Below are positions 29,790-39,762 of a stretch of DNA of 54,965 bases, piece by piece. The stretch comes from an uncultured Clostridia bacterium (GTDB lineage Bacteria > Bacillota > Clostridia > TANB77 > UBA1234). Under the pieces are notes generated by a model that worked only from the letters and a program-made list of their open reading frames with translations, did not search any database and was not told the DNA's origin. The position numbers were made by a program, and so were the translations under genes. How positions within the stretch are numbered: the first letter of the stretch is position 1; every line of letters starts with the position of its first letter. Where the stretch lies: assembly GCA_947164995.1 (NCBI GenBank), contig CAMUYU010000003.1, positions 1 through 54,965 on the forward strand, written 5' to 3'.

Positions 29790-29818
29790 AAAATATCATA
29801 TTTTTACAATTATGTCAA
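29790..29818 (-). promoter_or_regulatory. Candidate sigma-A promoter upstream of the RNA candidate.
   Basis: On the minus strand: TTGACA (29813-29818), 17-nt spacer, TGaTATTTT extended -10 (29790-29795). Confidence 0.3.
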
Positions 29819-29832
29819 CGCATTTTTTACTA

Positions 29833-31591
29833 TTAATGATTCATTACTGGCATTCCGCCTGGTATAATACTTGAAAAATCATATTTTTCAGAATAAGAAA
29901 GTTTTTCAATTTTTCCGGCAACACTAACATCATTCATATTTCCAGATTTATTTGATTCAAAATGACAGCTAACTTTTGAAATACTACCATCATTGTGAAC
30001 TAAATACCCATCAAAATAATTTGCCAATCCTTTTTCAGAAGAATATATTTCTTTAATATCATTTATTGAATTATTCACAAGGAATGATTTTAGTGGCTCT
30101 TCATTATAAGCTGAGTCCGTCAAATAATAGTAACATTCTCTTCCGGATATCACCCCCTACAACGATGGCTTTCTTTTGTCCAAAAGAGTAGTTAGAAACT
30201 TCGGCTATTCTATAATTATTATTATTTAAATCTTTATATTGACCATTTATTGGACTATTTAAAACAAATCCTTCATTAATATAATCATCTCTAAAATAAT
30301 CATCACTAATTTTAATTAAGTCGAAATCTTTCCCCCTTTTCTCTGATACAAGTTTTTTCCCATCCTGTGAAACATAATAAAAATCTATTTCATTATCATA
30401 TTTTCCATCTAGGTAATCATCTATAAAATATATACCAAACCCTCTTGAATCTGGATAACCTACTTTTACATTAAAATATTTATTATCATAAGAAACCTTT
30501 ATGTTATTTTTGTTACTATAAATAACAGAATACCATTCAAATCTTGACGAATAAATCTTAACACACTCGCCTGCTTTATTTATATAGATTCCATCTCTAC
30601 CTACTTTGTCACTAATTATATTTAATTCGCCATTTTCAAAGTCAACATCTTCTGCATCAATACTACTATTCTTATAAGTAATTTCCACTTCTCTTGTATC
30701 ATTATTCCATTCTATTTGTGCACCAAACAATTTAGAAATTGCTCTTACAGGTAAATACGTCGTATCTTGATAAGAAATTGGATAAACTGTTAAACCATTA
30801 GCATCTTCAAATTTTTGCAGATTGCTCATATAATAAACCTTAATTTTTGTATTTACTTGTGCACTTATATCTTCCATTTTATTGCTTTCATGTCTTTCAA
30901 CTATTTTTACACAATTAGAAGAAATATCACCTTCACCTAGCAAAATACTTTGATTTTCGCCATTCCATGCAATCTGGGTTTTGAAAAGACCAGATAAGGC
31001 TCTAATTGGAAGGTAAGTAGTTCCATTGTAAGTAATAGGAAATACTCTATCACCATTAGCATTATAAAATTCTAAATAATTACCATTAATAGATATTGGT
31101 AACTCTTTATTCAAAATCATAGGATAATAATTAGATTGAGAAGTTTGAGTAGTTTGAGTAGTTTGAACAACGCTTGTAGTATTAGCTTTTTCTTCCAGTT
31201 TATTAGGAACATTATATGGAATATCTATATCATACATTGGTAAATGTGTTGCTGTTTCATATATATATACGTAGATATATACCGTTTTTCCATAAATATA
31301 TATTCCCTTTGATTCCGCATCATATAAAAGTTCACTTACAGATATGCCATCATTATAAATCTTTCCACCACGAGAACTACTTGAAACATCATAGACAAAG
31401 CCACAAATAACAGTATATTCATCTCCAACATCTGGTGATATTTCTAATTTAAATTTTTCATTTTTACTAAATGTTTCTGGTTCAACAAGATTAACATCAA
31501 ACATTTTTACATCATAATGATATGCTGCATAACAAGATGCAGATATTAATAATAACAATAAAACACTCAAAAATGTAACTTTTTTAAACAT
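29833..31591 (-). pseudogene. Secreted protein with two copper-amine-oxidase-N-terminal-like (stalk) repeats. The reading frame is broken at a G5 run.
   Basis: Signal peptide MFKKVTFLSVLLLLLISASCYA. Two repeats of the type ...VFPITYNGTTYLPIRALSGLFKTQIAWNGENQSILL / ...VYPISYQDTTYLPVRAISKLFGAQIEWNNDTREVEI. ORFs 30104-31591 and 29833-30153 overlap in different frames, and removing one G from GGGGG (30153-30157) joins them. Confidence 0.55.
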
Positions 31592-31610
31592 ATAAACACT
31601 CTCCTAATAA

Positions 31611-31649
31611 AAATAAAAGAATTGAAAATACAAATACTTCTCAATTCTT
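31611..31649 (-). terminator. Intrinsic terminator after gap.
   Basis: On the minus strand: aagaattga-(15-nt loop)-tcaattctt followed by a U-rich tract. Confidence 0.5.
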
Positions 31650-31681
31650 TTATATAAACTATTATAATAATTAAATACAAA

Positions 31682-32689
<1,008 letters not shown>

Positions 32690-32755
32690 TCATTCCTCCT
32701 TATTTAAAGCATATAAAAAAATATGCTTAATTTCCACATAAAATTGTACTACTAT

Positions 32756-32798
32756 AAAAAAATATATGCAAGGAAAAATTACTCTTTCCTTGCATATA
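32756..32798 (-). terminator. Intrinsic terminator after the PrsW-like gene.
   Basis: On the minus strand: tatatgcaagga-(12-nt loop)-tccttgcatata followed by a U7 tract. Confidence 0.65.
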
Positions 32799-32806
32799 CA
32801 AAATTT

Positions 32807-33529
32807 TTATTCTTGATAATGAACATTATTTTCAGCAGCACTTCTTACCATTTCTACACAGAAAGTATAAAGTGAAATTAAAAGTACAAACCATAGAATC
32901 ATAAATAAACGCATTTCACTAATAATAAAGAAATCATATAAGCAATGTATAATAGAAGGTATCATAACACTTGCAAATAAAAATATCTTCTCTTGAGATT
33001 TATTTTTCTTTGTTTGTGCCATCTTAGCAAATGAAATACAATAGCCCATAAATATACTAAAAAATGCATGTCCGGGTATAGAGGTAACAAATCTTAATGA
33101 CGCAGTATATAAACTTGCTACTACTCCTTCATTAATTAAATCTGTAAATATATAAATCAAATTCTCTATTGCTGCAAATCCTAATGAAACAAAAACGCAA
33201 TAAACTATCGCATCATAAGTTTCATCAAATTGTTTATTATTATAATTAATCTTCATAACGACAAACCATTTAAACAACTCTTCAACAAGAGCAACAGCTA
33301 TAAATGTATTAATAAACAACTGTGGAAAAGAATCAACAGACATCATATCTGTTGGGAACCAATCTTCTATACATAACTCAACTATTGCAACTGGAATAAT
33401 TGCTAGTGCTCCGAAAATGATGGATTTAGCAAGTTGCCACGATGGTTCTTTATGAACATCTTTTTTATATATATACCAGAGAATGATTGCAACTGGAGCT
33501 AGCGCCAGAGCAAAAAATATGTCGGTCAT
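32807..33529 (-). CDS. PrsW-family intramembrane metalloprotease.
   Basis: Polytopic membrane protein with EELFKW, FAAIENLIY, GHAFFS and HCLYDF, the four conserved PrsW/CAAX-like motifs. Confidence 0.78.
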   Translation of the reverse strand: MTDIFFALALAPVAIILWYIYKKDVHKEPSWQLAKSIIFGALAIIPVAIVELCIEDWFPTDMMSVDSFPQLFINTFIAVALVEELFKWFVVMKINYNNKQFDETYDAIVYCVFVSLGFAAIENLIYIFTDLINEGVVASLYTASLRFVTSIPGHAFFSIFMGYCISFAKMAQTKKNKSQEKIFLFASVMIPSIIHCLYDFFIISEMRLFMILWFVLLISLYTFCVEMVRSAAENNVHYQE

Positions 33530-33648
33530 ATTATCTCCCCTTCATCCTTAGTTATAATTTAATTGTAACATAACTAAATGAAAATGCAACTAAAGAACAA
33601 ACAAAAACAGACTTAGATAAATCTAAGTCTGTTTTATAATTTCATATA

Positions 33649-35286
33649 TTATTCCTTTGGTATTTTTAATTCTTTTAAATTATCGCATTCAAGAAAAGAT
33701 GTTGTACTAACCTCTTTTAAAGTCTTTGGAAGTTTTATATTTTTAATTCCTGACTTATAAAATGCATAAGGTGCAATTTTGACTAAATTTGTTTTGCCAA
33801 AGTCTATCTTTTTTAGTTTTTTACATTTACCAAATGCTTCATATTCTATTTCTTCTATTGTTTTTGGAAGTTTGATTTTTTCAATGTTTGAATTAAAGAA
33901 ACTATATGCTCCAATTTTCTTTATTGAAGTATTTGATAAATCAATCTCTTTTAACTCTTTACAATCACTAAATACTGCAAAGTCAATTCCATTTATATCA
34001 TTAGGAAGTTTAACTTTTCTTACACCGGAATTAGCCAAAAATCCTGCATCTAATTGTGTAATCTTAGTATTTGATAAATCTAATTTTTTTAATTCTTTAC
34101 AATTACTAAATGATTCCAAATCAACTGTTTCTAGTTCAGAAGAAACTTTAATCTTTTTTATGCCGGAATTATAAAAAGCATTGCGATTAATTTTAGAAAC
34201 TCTTGTTGAAGATAAATCAACTTCTTTCAATTCATTACAATTTGCGAAAGCATTTTTTCCTATTGATTTTAATGATGATGGTGCAATTAGCTTTCTTATA
34301 TTTGAGTTATAGAATGTATTATCTTCTATTGTTTCAATTCTAGTTCCTGATAAATCTACATCAGAGATATTAACGTTTTCTCTAAATAAGTTGCCACCTA
34401 TTCTCTTTGCAGTACTTGGAAGTTTAACCGAAAAGTTGCACAAAATATTTACATTGTTTAAATCTAAGTAAATATTCTCTATTCCTTCTTCAAAAATTAT
34501 TCTAATATTTTTAGTGATTCTAGGTCTTACTAAATACTCTCTTAGTTTTTGAACATCAGCTAGATTCATTTTGTTCTTTTCACTTTTTGGGTTATACCTA
34601 ATTTTAAATACCTTTACAAATCCGAAATAATTATAAGAACTAATAGAAAATCCCAAAGAATGATTTGGTGCAAGAATCAAACTATTATCTGGTTGCCATT
34701 GAGGTGGAAGTCTATAATTCGAGCTTGGTTTTTCAATATTCAAAATACCTTCCCAAAACTTTAAAGAATTAACTTCTATGTTAACTCTTTCACATATATC
34801 AACCTTAAGCATAGCAGCATAATAATTATCATCATAAGCAAAGTCATTAATATTGTTTTTAACTCTTTCAACAATATAATCTTCCATAGTTTCATCAAAG
34901 CCTTCACATAGGGCTTTTGCTTTTTCAATGTTTCTAGTTTCAAGATATTTACACATCAAAACATATTGTGCTTCTTGAATCTTCATTAAAACAGCATAAG
35001 AAGACTTATCACATCTTAAATACCTTTGCTTAACTTCTACTAAATCTATCTCAAGTCTTTCAATGTTATCCCTTAAAATGCTACTATCCAACATATTAAT
35101 TAAAATTGAAAATATATTTTTATAGTAATCATTATGATTTTCCATATCTAAAAGACCTAAGTTTGAAGATATTTCTATGTTTTCGTTATTAACATTTGAT
35201 TGTTGTGATAATTGCTCATTTGAAGAAAAATCTTCAATAATTGCAAAGTCTTTATCTTCTACAACCATTATATCTCTCACTTTCAT
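33649..35286 (-). CDS. BspA-type leucine-rich-repeat (LRR_5-like) protein with a ~300-aa unknown N-terminal domain and no signal peptide.
   Basis: At least six tandem ~23-aa units in the C-terminal half (…F.NC.ELKEIDLS.T.I.KI...AF.NS.I.KIKLP…). The start codon is uncertain (35286 or 35268). Confidence 0.72.
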   Translation of the reverse strand: MKVRDIMVVEDKDFAIIEDFSSNEQLSQQSNVNNENIEISSNLGLLDMENHNDYYKNIFSILINMLDSSILRDNIERLEIDLVEVKQRYLRCDKSSYAVLMKIQEAQYVLMCKYLETRNIEKAKALCEGFDETMEDYIVERVKNNINDFAYDDNYYAAMLKVDICERVNIEVNSLKFWEGILNIEKPSSNYRLPPQWQPDNSLILAPNHSLGFSISSYNYFGFVKVFKIRYNPKSEKNKMNLADVQKLREYLVRPRITKNIRIIFEEGIENIYLDLNNVNILCNFSVKLPSTAKRIGGNLFRENVNISDVDLSGTRIETIEDNTFYNSNIRKLIAPSSLKSIGKNAFANCNELKEVDLSSTRVSKINRNAFYNSGIKKIKVSSELETVDLESFSNCKELKKLDLSNTKITQLDAGFLANSGVRKVKLPNDINGIDFAVFSDCKELKEIDLSNTSIKKIGAYSFFNSNIEKIKLPKTIEEIEYEAFGKCKKLKKIDFGKTNLVKIAPYAFYKSGIKNIKLPKTLKEVSTTSFLECDNLKELKIPKE

Positions 35287-35436
35287 TTTTTACATAAAAC
35301 AAAAAACAAGACGACACTTTTTCGCCTTGTTTTCTTTTGTATATAAAAAGTCATTAGTATGGACATATGATATCATGCTTGACATAAAAAATCAACATAT
35401 TTTAACAGATTTCCTACCAGTATTCACCTTATTAGA

Positions 35437-35465
35437 TTGACATAATGCAGACTTTATGGTATATT
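35437..35465 (+). promoter_or_regulatory. Candidate sigma-A promoter of the TelA-like gene.
   Basis: TTGACA (35437-35442), 17-nt spacer, TGgTATATT extended -10 (35460-35465). Confidence 0.45.
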
Positions 35466-35502
35466 ATGGAAAATTAACAATTAATTATTGGAGGTTACAC
35501 AA

Positions 35503-36417
35503 ATGGGTACAGCTCCACTTACTTTAAATAAGCAATCTAATTTTATTACTATTGACGAAAATGATTTTACACCACAAGAAATTTCTACTGCAAAATCCTT
35601 AGTACCAAATATAGATATTATGGATTATCAACTCGTAGCAACATATGGTTATGCATCTCAAAAGAAGCTCTCACTATCTTCCGAAGATATTTTAAAACAA
35701 ATGCGAATGAAAGATATGGAAAGTGTTAGAAGAGATATTGAAGATTTGATTTCTATTATTTCTAAATTAAAAACAGAAGCAATGTCTTATTTAGACCATT
35801 CTATTGGTCTTTTTTCAAAAAGATCTAATGAACGGTTAATCATTGAGTACTCTATTGCAGAGAACGAAATAGAAAAGATTATAAAAAGACTAGAAGAACA
35901 TCAGCTTTTTATAATGCAAGATTTAAACACATTGAGACGTTTTAAAAAAGCAAACACTCGCTGTTACAAAGAGTTATCACTTTATATATGGGCAGGTCAA
36001 GAAAAACTAAATCAACTTAGTCAGCTTCCAAATCAAAGTAATGATTTAAAATCTGCAATCGAAAGATTTAAAAGAAAACTTTCAGAGCTTGCTCTTTCTA
36101 GAAATGTAGCACTTCAAACTTCTGCACAAATAGAGCTTATTCTTAACAATGACCAAGAAATACTAGAGCGAATTTCAACTATCATTAATAGTACTCTTCC
36201 TCTTTGGAAAAACCAAATTGTACTTGCTCTTGGTATTGATGACTTGTCAGATTCATTTTTAACACAATCTAAAAAGAGAAAAGTAGATATATCTGCTCTT
36301 ATAAACACTAATCAAAAAATTGAAGAAATCTTATCTTCAACAAGAGCAATACAATTAGATAGTGGTAAAAAACGAGCAATTGCAGAATATGATTTAAAGT
36401 TATTAAATGAACAATAA
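35503..36417 (+). CDS. TelA/YaaN-like toxic-anion-resistance family protein.
   Basis: The ATG lies 8 nt after GGAGG. The N-terminal pattern (IDIMDYQLVATYGYASQKKLSLSSEDILKQMRMKDMESVRRDIEDL) follows the conserved opening of TelA/YaaN proteins as I remember them. The rest is all-helical. Confidence 0.65.
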   Translation: MGTAPLTLNKQSNFITIDENDFTPQEISTAKSLVPNIDIMDYQLVATYGYASQKKLSLSSEDILKQMRMKDMESVRRDIEDLISIISKLKTEAMSYLDHSIGLFSKRSNERLIIEYSIAENEIEKIIKRLEEHQLFIMQDLNTLRRFKKANTRCYKELSLYIWAGQEKLNQLSQLPNQSNDLKSAIERFKRKLSELALSRNVALQTSAQIELILNNDQEILERISTIINSTLPLWKNQIVLALGIDDLSDSFLTQSKKRKVDISALINTNQKIEEILSSTRAIQLDSGKKRAIAEYDLKLLNEQ

Positions 36418-36449
36418 AAAATAGCACGGAAATTTCCGTGCTATTTTTA
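36416..36449. terminator. Bidirectional intrinsic terminator between the TelA-like gene and the vWA lipoprotein gene.
   Basis: atagcacgga-aatt-tccgtgctat flanked by an A-run and a T-run. Confidence 0.7.
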
Positions 36450-36452
36450 TTT

Positions 36453-38141
36453 TTATGCTTCAGCATTAAATAGGGATTTTAGAACATATCCAATTTCCTC
36501 ACTAGAAGCGTTTAGATAAATACCATTATTAAGCTTTGCAATTGCTTCCATCTCTTTCACATCAGCATCATATCCTATAGTATAAACTGGTGTGTCAAAA
36601 GTAGAAATTAAATTACTTACTCTTGAAAGAGGACTATAACCGCTGTTTGTTTGACCATCACTTAAAAGAAAAATGATTGGCTTAATGTCAGGGGTTTTTG
36701 TCTTTTCTAATTCTAGAATTTGTAAAGCAATTAACAAAGCATCATTAGTAGCAGTACCTCCACCTGCTTTTAAAGCTTGAATTGCACCTACATAAAAACT
36801 TTGCTGACTTTCATCGAATTCAGAAATAGGAAGACTATAGTACACATGGTCATCATAAGAAATAATTCCAACTAAACTATCTTCACTTATATACTGCATT
36901 GCATTAATTGCAGATTCTTTAAGTGCTCTAAGCGGTTTCTCAACCATACTTCCAGAAACATCACATACAAAAATAACTGCAACTTTCTTTCCAGAAGATT
37001 TATTTTCTTTCCAAAAGCTAAGAACATCATTAAGCAAGCCATCATAATTTTCGGGAATAACTGTTGAAATGTAATCATCATCTCTTCCCAATCCTTCTTC
37101 GTTAGCTTTTTTAACAATATCTTCTCTTTCAAAAAGATTAGCAAAATCTTTCAATACATTTGCTTCTTCATCCGTTACACCTTCCATTGAAAAAAGTGTG
37201 TAATGATTTTCAGCACCAAATGGAACAAATACATGATCTTTTAAATTTCCATCCATGATATGTTCCTGATAGGTTGTCACAAATGCATTGAATTTACCTT
37301 CATTATATGCTTTCCACGTTTGAGTAAACGAATAAGCAACGGAAGGTATTCTACCTTGGAACACTGTGAAATCTGTTGTAGCTTCCATGCTTAATGGACT
37401 ATTAGCATCAAAATATGAAAGAAGTGAAACAATAAAGTTTAGGCCAGACAAGTTATTCATAGGATTAGTGTATCCTATTAAAAGTGCTCCTTGCATACAA
37501 CCACTAACAATTGCTTGTTCATCTACTACTTCATATTTTGTTTTAAGAAGCTCATATGTTTCTGAAGAAATTACAACTCCTAAATTGTTTGTTGTTAACC
37601 CTTTATATATCTCGTTAGAACTAATTCCTGATTCTTTTAGTAACAGTGCATATAACGCATTCGGTGAAATAAATCCTTTAGGATTATATTCTCCACCATT
37701 AATAAAGTCTATTGCAAGGTTTGAGTCAAGAAGTCTAACAGTTATGGAAGAAGTTGTATTTTCTTCATTATATTTTTTAGCAGCATATACTACTAAATCC
37801 GAAATACCTAGGTTATCTTCTTCTGGAACAAAAATTTCCACATCAAGCGGAGCGTTTCCTTTAACTAGTGGTTCATAACTACTAATATCAGGAAGTTCAT
37901 ACATAACTGTTGAATTAACAGCATTTGATTTCTTATGTGCTTCTTTAACAAATTCTGGAATTTCTCCAGATTTAAGTTCCTCTTCAATAACACTTATCCG
38001 AAGCCTATCTATAAGCTCGATTGGATCACCTTCTGCAATTTCTTCATCTTTATATATAGGAGACGTGTCGATTAAACAACCCGTCAAAAGTAGACATACA
38101 ACAACCATCATCGCTATGAGAATTGTTGCTTTTTTATTCAT
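36453..38141 (-). CDS. Lipoprotein with a C-terminal vWA domain and a ~370-aa N-terminal extracytoplasmic domain.
   Basis: Lipobox LLLTGC. MIDAS motif VIFVCDVSGSM ... GGGTATNDA ... LLSDGQTN. Confidence 0.78.
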   Translation of the reverse strand: MNKKATILIAMMVVVCLLLTGCLIDTSPIYKDEEIAEGDPIELIDRLRISVIEEELKSGEIPEFVKEAHKKSNAVNSTVMYELPDISSYEPLVKGNAPLDVEIFVPEEDNLGISDLVVYAAKKYNEENTTSSITVRLLDSNLAIDFINGGEYNPKGFISPNALYALLLKESGISSNEIYKGLTTNNLGVVISSETYELLKTKYEVVDEQAIVSGCMQGALLIGYTNPMNNLSGLNFIVSLLSYFDANSPLSMEATTDFTVFQGRIPSVAYSFTQTWKAYNEGKFNAFVTTYQEHIMDGNLKDHVFVPFGAENHYTLFSMEGVTDEEANVLKDFANLFEREDIVKKANEEGLGRDDDYISTVIPENYDGLLNDVLSFWKENKSSGKKVAVIFVCDVSGSMVEKPLRALKESAINAMQYISEDSLVGIISYDDHVYYSLPISEFDESQQSFYVGAIQALKAGGGTATNDALLIALQILELEKTKTPDIKPIIFLLSDGQTNSGYSPLSRVSNLISTFDTPVYTIGYDADVKEMEAIAKLNNGIYLNASSEEIGYVLKSLFNAEA

Positions 38142-38222
38142 TGCTAAAATCCTCCATAATAAATAATTATTCGTGGAGGCTTTATAATATTAAGCCTCCA
38201 CTACTGTTCGCTATGCCCAATG

Positions 38223-39713
38223 TTAATAACCAACAACTTTAAAGAATACTTCTGTACGGCGATTAGCAGCTTTTCCTTCTTCTGTATTATTACTTGCAAT
38301 AGGATTAGAATCACCATTACCAATAATAATAAATCTAGAAGGATTAATGCCTAAGCCCTGCAAGTATTTTGCAACACTTCTTGCACGTTTATAAGAAAAG
38401 TCTTTACCGTCATCTCCATCAACTTTTGCTGTGTTACCTTCAATTTGAATGTAGACACCATTAAGCATTTTTGCAGTATCTGCAAATTCAATTAAATCTG
38501 GATATGACTCAGAAGAAATTTTATATGAATCAACTTCAAACTTAACATTTAGCTTAACCGAAAGAAGTGCAGAGTTATTATCAATTTGCTGAGCAGCCTG
38601 TCTTCCTTCATTCGAAAAAGCAAAAGAAGTAACTTCATCATCTGGATACTTATCTTTTAGCTTTTCAATATAAGCTGTAGTAAAAGCAGTCTCACTTTTT
38701 TCAGGAACAGCTTTTTCGCCGAGAGAAATCCAGATGTTTGCCATCTGCTTATACATTATAACTGCACTAGATGAAAGAAGATTCATATTGTCTGCCCATG
38801 TTGCAACTGATGCATTTGCGCACATATCTTTGATTTCGTCATTATCCATCAGTTCAAACATCGGCATAACTTTAATGGAATTAAACTCTCTTAAATACAT
38901 TGCGTTTGCTTCTAGAGCACCATCAATGAGCTTTACAATAAATTCTTCATTAACATCAAGAAAATCTTTTCTAAATACAAGACCATCAAGTATTAAATTA
39001 GTACCCATGGATGTATCAAAAAGAATTCTAGAATTTGTTGAAGAAGATGCTTGAGTAAGATATGGTTCCCAAGTAGCAGCCGCATCAACCGAACCAGCAA
39101 AGAATGCTTCTGCAGTATCATCAGCTGTCTCAAAATATGCCATATCAGCGTGAATCTGTGCTACTTCTGCATCTGACAGGTCTGAATTCTTAAGAAGCCA
39201 TTCTACTAAAGTTTGGGCTTCTGAAAACTTAGGAACTGCAATTTTCTTTCCAACTAAATCTTTAACAGAACGAATTTCAGACTTCGAAATAATACCATCA
39301 CCACCATTACTATAGTTAGTAATGTATGGCATAACTACATCAACTTTTGCGTCATCAAACTTTGATTGTAAAAATGCATATCTGTTAACTGTATACCCGG
39401 CACCTTGAAGTTCACCAGATATAAGTCCAGCAGAAGACACAGTTGCATCATTCATAACAACGTATTTAACATTAATACCATTTCTTGCATTAATGCTATC
39501 TGCAGTTGTTGAAAGTCCACCATTTGCATAAATAAGAGGCTTCCATCCAATCCACTCATCAAGAGAAATAACAACTTCTTTTATCTCACTGGGATTATAT
39601 ACTGGAACCTTATCTTTTTCAAATTTGTTTAAAACGTACTCAACCCCAAAGATGCCACCAGCAATAATCGCCAAAACAAGGATTGCGCCTATAATCCGGC
39701 TAGCATATTTCAT
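38223..39713 (-). CDS. NitT/TauT-family (NMT1-like) substrate-binding protein fused to a C-terminal OmpA-like peptidoglycan-binding domain (copy 1).
   Basis: The ATG at 39711-39713 follows AGGAGG. N-terminal TM anchor. The SBP core includes DLVGKKIAVPKFSEAQTL ... VDAAATWEPYL. The C-terminus, YIQIEGNTA...SYKRARSVAKYLQGLGINPSRFIIIGNGDSNPIASNNTEEGKAANRRTEVFF, matches the OmpA/MotB C-terminal signature. Confidence 0.8.
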   Translation of the reverse strand: MKYASRIIGAILVLAIIAGGIFGVEYVLNKFEKDKVPVYNPSEIKEVVISLDEWIGWKPLIYANGGLSTTADSINARNGINVKYVVMNDATVSSAGLISGELQGAGYTVNRYAFLQSKFDDAKVDVVMPYITNYSNGGDGIISKSEIRSVKDLVGKKIAVPKFSEAQTLVEWLLKNSDLSDAEVAQIHADMAYFETADDTAEAFFAGSVDAAATWEPYLTQASSSTNSRILFDTSMGTNLILDGLVFRKDFLDVNEEFIVKLIDGALEANAMYLREFNSIKVMPMFELMDNDEIKDMCANASVATWADNMNLLSSSAVIMYKQMANIWISLGEKAVPEKSETAFTTAYIEKLKDKYPDDEVTSFAFSNEGRQAAQQIDNNSALLSVKLNVKFEVDSYKISSESYPDLIEFADTAKMLNGVYIQIEGNTAKVDGDDGKDFSYKRARSVAKYLQGLGINPSRFIIIGNGDSNPIASNNTEEGKAANRRTEVFFKVVGY

Positions 39714-39762
39714 TTTTGCCTCCTTTTTGCTGTTCTTAGGTCTTGAAGGAGTGGGGAACATT

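Noticed and set aside
30104-30160. Programmed ribosomal frameshift as the explanation for the two overlapping surface-protein ORFs.
   Set aside because: I saw no X-XXY-YYZ slippery heptamer, no downstream stimulatory structure, and no known PRF precedent for this family. A homopolymer indel is the simpler explanation, and it is reported as a finding instead.
33649-34400. Regularly spaced ~70-nt repeats that could be mistaken for a CRISPR-like array.
   Set aside because: They are in-frame coding repeats, the LRR_5 units of the BspA-like protein. They are not separated by unique spacers, and no cas genes are present.
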